From: Flavobacteriaceae bacterium UBA7433
Lineage (GTDB): Bacteria; Bacteroidota; Bacteroidia; Flavobacteriales; Flavobacteriaceae
Assembly (NCBI GenBank): GCA_002477565.1
Contig: DLQL01000104.1
Location: 1 to 52,560, forward strand
Direction: 5' to 3'
DNA: 52,560 nucleotides
Below are positions 47,770 to 52,560 of the stretch, one piece after another. Under the pieces are notes generated by a model. It was not told the DNA's origin. It saw nothing but the letters and a program-made list of their open reading frames with translations, and did no database searches. Position numbers and translations under genes: made by a program. Each line of letters starts with the position of its first letter. Position 1 is the stretch's first letter.

Positions 47770-47890
47770 GAAAGTATATGAAGAACTAAGCGACTACGAA
47801 GCACAGATTTTTCTTCAAGAATCCTCAAACCGGCTACAAACCAGGTTATTGCTTCTATTTAGCTAATTTTTTTACATGCATTGTTGGTGG
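47770..47890 (-). repeat. Decayed attC-like imperfect inverted-repeat element
   Basis: AAC 13 nt after the stop at 47899; 47774-47791 pairs with 47862-47879 (15/18 counting G-T on the plus strand). Confidence 0.45.
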
Positions 47891-47898
47891 TGTGTGTT

Positions 47899-48753
47899 TT
47901 ATTCCGCGACATAGATTGTTGTGTGTTCGCGCGTTACTAATTTCTCTCCTAGTTTCTTAGACAAATCTTTAGCTCCTCGACAATTTAAATGAGATAAATC
48001 TCTAAAAACATTTTTGTTTTTGTTTAATTTAATCGTGTCAATTTCGAATTTTTCAAATAGATTGCCTATTTCAAATAAAAGGCCATCGGTTTTTTCTTTT
48101 ATGGGGGATTTATTTTCAATGTTTACTAATTCGGCATGATAAGGGAATGTTAAAAATGATATTTTACAATTTTTATTTATTAAATTTTGAATACCTGTTA
48201 AATAAATATTTTGTTTCTCATAAAAGAATGATGGTATTTTTTGATAATAGCTTTCAAAGTTAGACAGATTTAATATCTGGATTGAATCAGAATAAGCATA
48301 TAATTCAGTTGATTTTCTAATATTACTTCTAGGCTTAAGGTTTGGTTTCAAGATAGAGATGATTTCTTTTGTAGTATAAGCATTATGATACAGTTTTTTG
48401 AGAGCCCATATAGATAGTCCACTACGATTAAAGTCATTTTTTTTTCTTCTAACTTGAACAAGTTTAGATATTGAAACAATCACTTCTGAGTTTTCAGGAA
48501 CTTGTTCTGTAAATACTAAAAAGTCATATACACCTGCACCATGGTTTGCAGAAGTATAAACTTTTTTTTCTATCGTAGTTGATAATTTATTTAAATCAAT
48601 ACCTTGATATGCTTGAGAGTCACCCCAAATAAAAATAGCATTTTTGTTCGTAAAGGAGCTGTTTAAATATGCGTTAGAGCAAAAATAAAATAAAGTATAT
48701 GAGCTTATTAAGCCTAGAGGGAAGAATAAACTCTTTAAAATGAATTTTCTCAT
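47899..48753 (-). CDS. SGNH-like O-acyltransferase partner (AlgJ/DltD-like)
   Basis: N-terminal TM, IFIWGDSQ, FRDLSHLN (DxxH); directly after the MBOAT gene. Confidence 0.7.
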   Translation of the reverse strand: MRKFILKSLFFPLGLISSYTLFYFCSNAYLNSSFTNKNAIFIWGDSQAYQGIDLNKLSTTIEKKVYTSANHGAGVYDFLVFTEQVPENSEVIVSISKLVQVRRKKNDFNRSGLSIWALKKLYHNAYTTKEIISILKPNLKPRSNIRKSTELYAYSDSIQILNLSNFESYYQKIPSFFYEKQNIYLTGIQNLINKNCKISFLTFPYHAELVNIENKSPIKEKTDGLLFEIGNLFEKFEIDTIKLNKNKNVFRDLSHLNCRGAKDLSKKLGEKLVTREHTTIYVAE

Positions 48754-48759
48754 GAATTC

Positions 48760-50208
48760 TTAAAATTGAAAATATATGAATTGTTGTTCCTTGCCTCCAA
48801 ACCAAAAGATTGCAACGATTATCATATAGTACATTGCATATCTTAACGGTAGACTCCATTTAAGACCTAGATTCTGAATCGCGAATTGTTGTTCTCGCCC
48901 GAACCATTCGATTAAAACGAAAGTACCTGTAAGAATAGTGGTTGTCAAGGCACTCCTTATTCCTGAAAATTTTGGAATTTCAAAAAGAGTAGCAGAAAAA
49001 ACCCCTGAGATATAGCTCAAAGCATGACCGATATTTTCCGCCCTAAAGAATATCCAAGCAAAGGCAGTTAGTCCAAACGTGAGTAATATACATGAAAGTT
49101 CTTTTAGGGTTGGAAATAATTTCCCTCGTGCTACTATTTCTAAATTATTTCGATTATTATTTGTCAATAATAGTGGTAGAAAGTAAATAGCATTTAGGGC
49201 TCCCCATATGATAAAAGTCCAATTTGCTCCGTGCCAAAAACCGCTGACTATAAAAATGATAAAAGTATTTCTAATTTTCATCCAAGTACCGACACGACTG
49301 CCACCCAATGGAATGTATAAGTAATCTCTAAACCAAGTTGAAAGTGAAATATGCCAACGTCTCCAAAATTCGGAAATGTCTCTTGAAAAATATGGGAAAT
49401 TGAAGTTTTGCATTAAGTTAAAACCGAAAAGACGAGACGTGCCAATTGCAATGTCTGAGTAACCTGAAAAGTCTCCATAAATCTGAAAGGTAAAAAACAA
49501 AGCTCCTAAAGCGAGCGTACTACCGTTCATGTCAGCTGAATTATTAAAAATTTGATTTGCGAATTCAGCACAATTGTCGGCAATCACAATTTTTTTGAAC
49601 AAGCCCCAAAGAATTTGACGCATTCCGTCAATAGCTTTTGAGTAATCGAAAGTTCGTTTTTTATAAAATTGAGGCAGTAAATGTTTTGCTCTTTCAATTG
49701 GCCCAGCAACCAACTGAGGAAAGAAACTCACAAATGCTGAAAATGCAATAAAATCATTTGAAGGTTCAAGTTTTCGTTTGTATACATCTATAGTATAACT
49801 CAGGGTTTGGAAAGTATAAAAGCTAATTCCAACTGGCAAAATAATATCTAAAGAATTCGCTTGAATCTCTTGTCCGAAGAACGAGAATGCTGAAATAAAG
49901 TTATCGAGAAAAAAATTGTAATATTTGAAGAAACTGAGAAACCCTAAGTTTACTAGAATACTTATCCATAAAAGCACTTTTCTTTTTTTTTGACTGGCTT
50001 CTGTCTTTAGTTTCATTCCAACGGAATAGTCAACAAGTGTACTGAAAAAGATTAACGTTAGAAATCTCCAATCCCACCAGCCATAAAAAACATAACTAGC
50101 TATAACAACTAGCAGGTTTTGAAGTTTTAGGTTTTTATTCGTTACGAACCAATAGAGGATGAAAACTATCGGTAAGAATATTGCAAAATCAATTGAGTTA
50201 AATAGCAT
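48760..50208 (-). CDS. MBOAT O-acyltransferase (AlgI/PatA/DltB-like)
   Basis: LPVGISFYTFQ, FFPQLVAGPI, DFSGYSD, FWRRWHISL, SGFWHGA, FIYFQF. Confidence 0.95.
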   Translation of the reverse strand: MLFNSIDFAIFLPIVFILYWFVTNKNLKLQNLLVVIASYVFYGWWDWRFLTLIFFSTLVDYSVGMKLKTEASQKKRKVLLWISILVNLGFLSFFKYYNFFLDNFISAFSFFGQEIQANSLDIILPVGISFYTFQTLSYTIDVYKRKLEPSNDFIAFSAFVSFFPQLVAGPIERAKHLLPQFYKKRTFDYSKAIDGMRQILWGLFKKIVIADNCAEFANQIFNNSADMNGSTLALGALFFTFQIYGDFSGYSDIAIGTSRLFGFNLMQNFNFPYFSRDISEFWRRWHISLSTWFRDYLYIPLGGSRVGTWMKIRNTFIIFIVSGFWHGANWTFIIWGALNAIYFLPLLLTNNNRNNLEIVARGKLFPTLKELSCILLTFGLTAFAWIFFRAENIGHALSYISGVFSATLFEIPKFSGIRSALTTTILTGTFVLIEWFGREQQFAIQNLGLKWSLPLRYAMYYMIIVAIFWFGGKEQQFIYFQF

Positions 50209-50265
50209 TAAGTTAGTCTGTTGTTTAATCGTTTGATGTTCTTACTGTGGTTTTATCGACTTGAT

Positions 50266-50378
50266 GCGTAACGTTTAGCATATCTCAAATAGGGAATTAT
50301 AAAGCGATGCGCTTTTTGGTTTGTGCTAAGCCAAAACATTGTTTTTGGTTTTTAATTAAGACCACACCTATGTTAGCT
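50266..50378 (-). repeat. attC-like intergenic element
   Basis: Minus strand AGCTAAC ... GTTACGC ends, 113 nt, between a gene stop and the next gene start. Confidence 0.4.
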
Positions 50379-50414
50379 AGCAAACACACTATTTTTTGTA
50401 AAAAGTTTTGTCTA

Positions 50415-51332
50415 CTAGTGATTGTTTTTTACATAATGCGTTATCGTATTTGCTAATTTTCTCTGTCCATTGGAATTGAGATGAATATAATCACGGAAAT
50501 CTGATAATTTCAGACCATTCTCTAAGTCTAAAATTATAGGGATGTTATTATCATTCGCAAATTTGATTATTTTTTGCCCCTGATCGTTATAAGATTCTAA
50601 TTTCAATTCTTTTGTGTCGGCATGCAAATAAATTGTCAAAGGGATGTTTTTACTTTTAGAATAGTCAAGAAATGAGGAAAAACCGGTATTAAATAGAGTA
50701 TTGTTTTTTTTCTTATTGATTCCTAAATTGTCAATTTGAGTTCTTTTCTTTTTTAATTTACGCTTGATCTTATTAACCAAATACCTGTTCACTAATTCGT
50801 ATTGTGCAATTGAATATTGTTTACTCTTGAAACTTGAATGATTGTCTACAATTTTTTCAAAATTCATGTTGTCATATGCGTCATGTGAACTAAAAAACAG
50901 GAAAATTGACTTCGCTCCAAAATCACCATATTTTTTTAAATATGCATAACAATTATCCGGTCCCCAGCTACCTGCAGAAATATTTAGAAATTGAATTTTA
51001 GTACCGTATATTTTTGAAAGTGTATCAGATAAAATTGTAGTTGCTAAAGAGTCTTGATCTGTTAGAACCCCGCCATTAATGATAGAATCTCCAAATCCTA
51101 AAATTTTTATTGATGAAGTGTCAACCTCTTCACTTCGCATAGAAAATGAATTGTAAATTACATGATTTCTAAACCTGAATCTTTTCTGGTTTGGTTGAGC
51201 TATGTATTCAAATTCGGAATCTTCTCTCACTAAAACCGTATCACAAAAACCAAAATACATTCTTAGAAATATTTCCAAACAGATACTTAACACAATTGAA
51301 AATCCTAAAACAAATAATTTTTTTTTCATCAA
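50415..51332 (-). CDS. SGNH/GDSL hydrolase-family protein
   Basis: N-terminal TM, LGFGDSIING, NISAGSWG, FRDYIHLN; TATATTTG box at 51397-51390. Confidence 0.8.
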   Translation of the reverse strand: MMKKKLFVLGFSIVLSICLEIFLRMYFGFCDTVLVREDSEFEYIAQPNQKRFRFRNHVIYNSFSMRSEEVDTSSIKILGFGDSIINGGVLTDQDSLATTILSDTLSKIYGTKIQFLNISAGSWGPDNCYAYLKKYGDFGAKSIFLFFSSHDAYDNMNFEKIVDNHSSFKSKQYSIAQYELVNRYLVNKIKRKLKKKRTQIDNLGINKKKNNTLFNTGFSSFLDYSKSKNIPLTIYLHADTKELKLESYNDQGQKIIKFANDNNIPIILDLENGLKLSDFRDYIHLNSNGQRKLANTITHYVKNNH

Positions 51333-51750
51333 TTTTACTCGTAATTCGTTGAAATTATGTCAATTAGGTGTTTTTGTTTAAGTCCACTTCAAATATATGT
51401 CATATTTCTTGAAATTGTACAATCTATTGCTGCTGAATAGCGTCACTTTTTAAATTTAAAACACAGTTTTAAAAAATGCCTATTAAAAAATAGACGCCAA
51501 GAAAGTTTAATTTTTTGATAGTAACATAATTAGTTGAATTTTTTAAAAATTAGAAAAAAAATAATTTTCTAAAGTTATTTAATATATTTAGTGATCAATT
51601 ATTTACAATATAATTTTGAAGGTAAAAAGAAATTTAAATACAGATATATCGTTTTTAAAAATATTCTTGTTTTTAATGCCGTGAAGGCAAGAAGAGTAAA
51701 ATCCAATTATTTTGGGGAGGATTTGAGTGAACTGGTTCACATTGAGTCCA

Positions 51751-51918
51751 TTATCGCTTCCAAGTACCTCCATAGGTGTAGTTTGGATTGTCTTTTTTAA
51801 CGTTTAACAAACACGCTTTACAGACAAAGACCCACTCTTTCGGGTTTTTATATTGTAATCGGTACATCGTAGAAAAATCTACTTTACATACTTCACAATG
51901 TTTTATTCGTTGTTTCAT
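51751..51918 (-). CDS. 55-aa CxxC/CxxC small protein (below the ORF-track cutoff)
   Basis: MKQRIKHCEVCKVDFSTMYRLQYKNPKEWVFVCKACLLNVKKDNPNYTYGGTWKR*. Confidence 0.8.
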   Translation of the reverse strand: MKQRIKHCEVCKVDFSTMYRLQYKNPKEWVFVCKACLLNVKKDNPNYTYGGTWKR

Positions 51919-52163
51919 ACGTTACTTGAGTTTCCTGTAACTTAACTTTTAGAATACAATATAACACCTTTTCAGATTTCTTTTTTACCTCCCGAGCAAT
52001 TAAAATAGCAAAGAGATATCAAACCAAATAACAAGGATTTAAACCTACCGATCAACCTCTCGAGCAACCGGTATTCTTGCCATATCTTAAATTTAAAAGG
52101 AATTTTACAACTTATTTGTTTAATCGTAAAAGAGTTGTAAAAAAGAAAGGTTTTTGTTAAAAT

Positions 52164-52560
52164 TTAATCGCTATCAATAGCAATAAAAGAAATTCTATCA
52201 TTATTGGCTGGAAACCCCGATGTTTTAATAGTTATTGTTCCGTTATTATTCGCAATAGCAGTAACTATAGACCTTTGAAAAGAATTTACAGAAAAGGTAG
52301 CTGTTACTATGTAGCCTGTATCTACGCCAACGACCGAAGTAACAATAGTAGAACTAGTTCCATCAAGTGTTATAGACCCAGAAATAATGCCTAGATTTGT
52401 TCTTGAAGATAAATTTGTATTTCCTCCCGTTCCACCATTTTGAATTTGCAATGCTCCGGTCACTTTAGAAGTTAAATTAATAGTTGCATTAGCAATCTTA
52501 GCATTAGTTATTGCATCATTTTCGATTGTCACCGCTCCCGTATTGTCAAGTGTAACATCT
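52164..52560 (-). CDS. C-terminus of a fibre-like beta-repeat surface protein; 5' part outside the window
   Basis: Frame open to the edge: DVTLDNTGAVTIENDAITNAKIA..VTGALQIQNGGTG. Confidence 0.55.
   Translation of the reverse strand, partial: DVTLDNTGAVTIENDAITNAKIANATINLTSKVTGALQIQNGGTGGNTNLSSRTNLGIISGSITLDGTSSTIVTSVVGVDTGYIVTATFSVNSFQRSIVTAIANNNGTITIKTSGFPANNDRISFIAIDSD

Noticed and set aside
51591-51800. 69-aa plus-strand ORF
   Set aside because: AT-rich, no motifs, and overlaps the better-supported minus-strand 55-aa CxxC ORF.
1-52560. CRISPR array, IS/transposase, prophage or rRNA
   Set aside because: No regularly spaced repeats, transposase/integrase motifs or rRNA-like sequence seen.

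Overview
Bacteroidota (most likely marine Flavobacteriaceae) chromosome segment, judged from TAnnTTTG -7 promoter boxes, a T9SS sorting domain and a UpxY gene. Left to right: the 5' part of polA (missing from the ORF track; all four proofreading carboxylates appear replaced), a cysteine-free thioredoxin-fold gene, a polysaccharide deacetylase, a DUF2723 membrane glycosyltransferase and tRNA-Gln. A ~27 kb minus-strand Wzx/Wzy capsule/EPS locus follows (upxY, manC, gmd, fcl, ugd, DUF2061, cysC, cysQ, two sulfotransferase-like genes, wzx, wzy, glycosyl- and acetyltransferases, UDP-xylose synthase, wcaJ, wza, wzc). After it come a divergent membrane AraC regulator, a T9SS CotH-family protein, a Crp/Fnr-linked sulfur module (MBL-rhodanese, two YeeE/YedE), Crp-yceI, a SulP/beta-carbonic anhydrase unit and an AT-rich O-acyltransferase block. 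Most notable: a stand-alone RNA-polymerase alpha-CTD-like gene directly behind upxY (the slot UpxZ occupies in Bacteroides), with an ops-like pause/hairpin leader and a divergent AraC sensor. Also notable: a probably sulfated capsule whose cysD(N) survives only as an unannotated remnant; an A9-frameshifted acetyltransferase; attC-like elements around the MBOAT genes; a PPP-ending leader ORF before SulP; and an unlisted 55-aa CxxC/CxxC protein. All calls come from reading the sequence by eye and from remembered family motifs; no searches were run.
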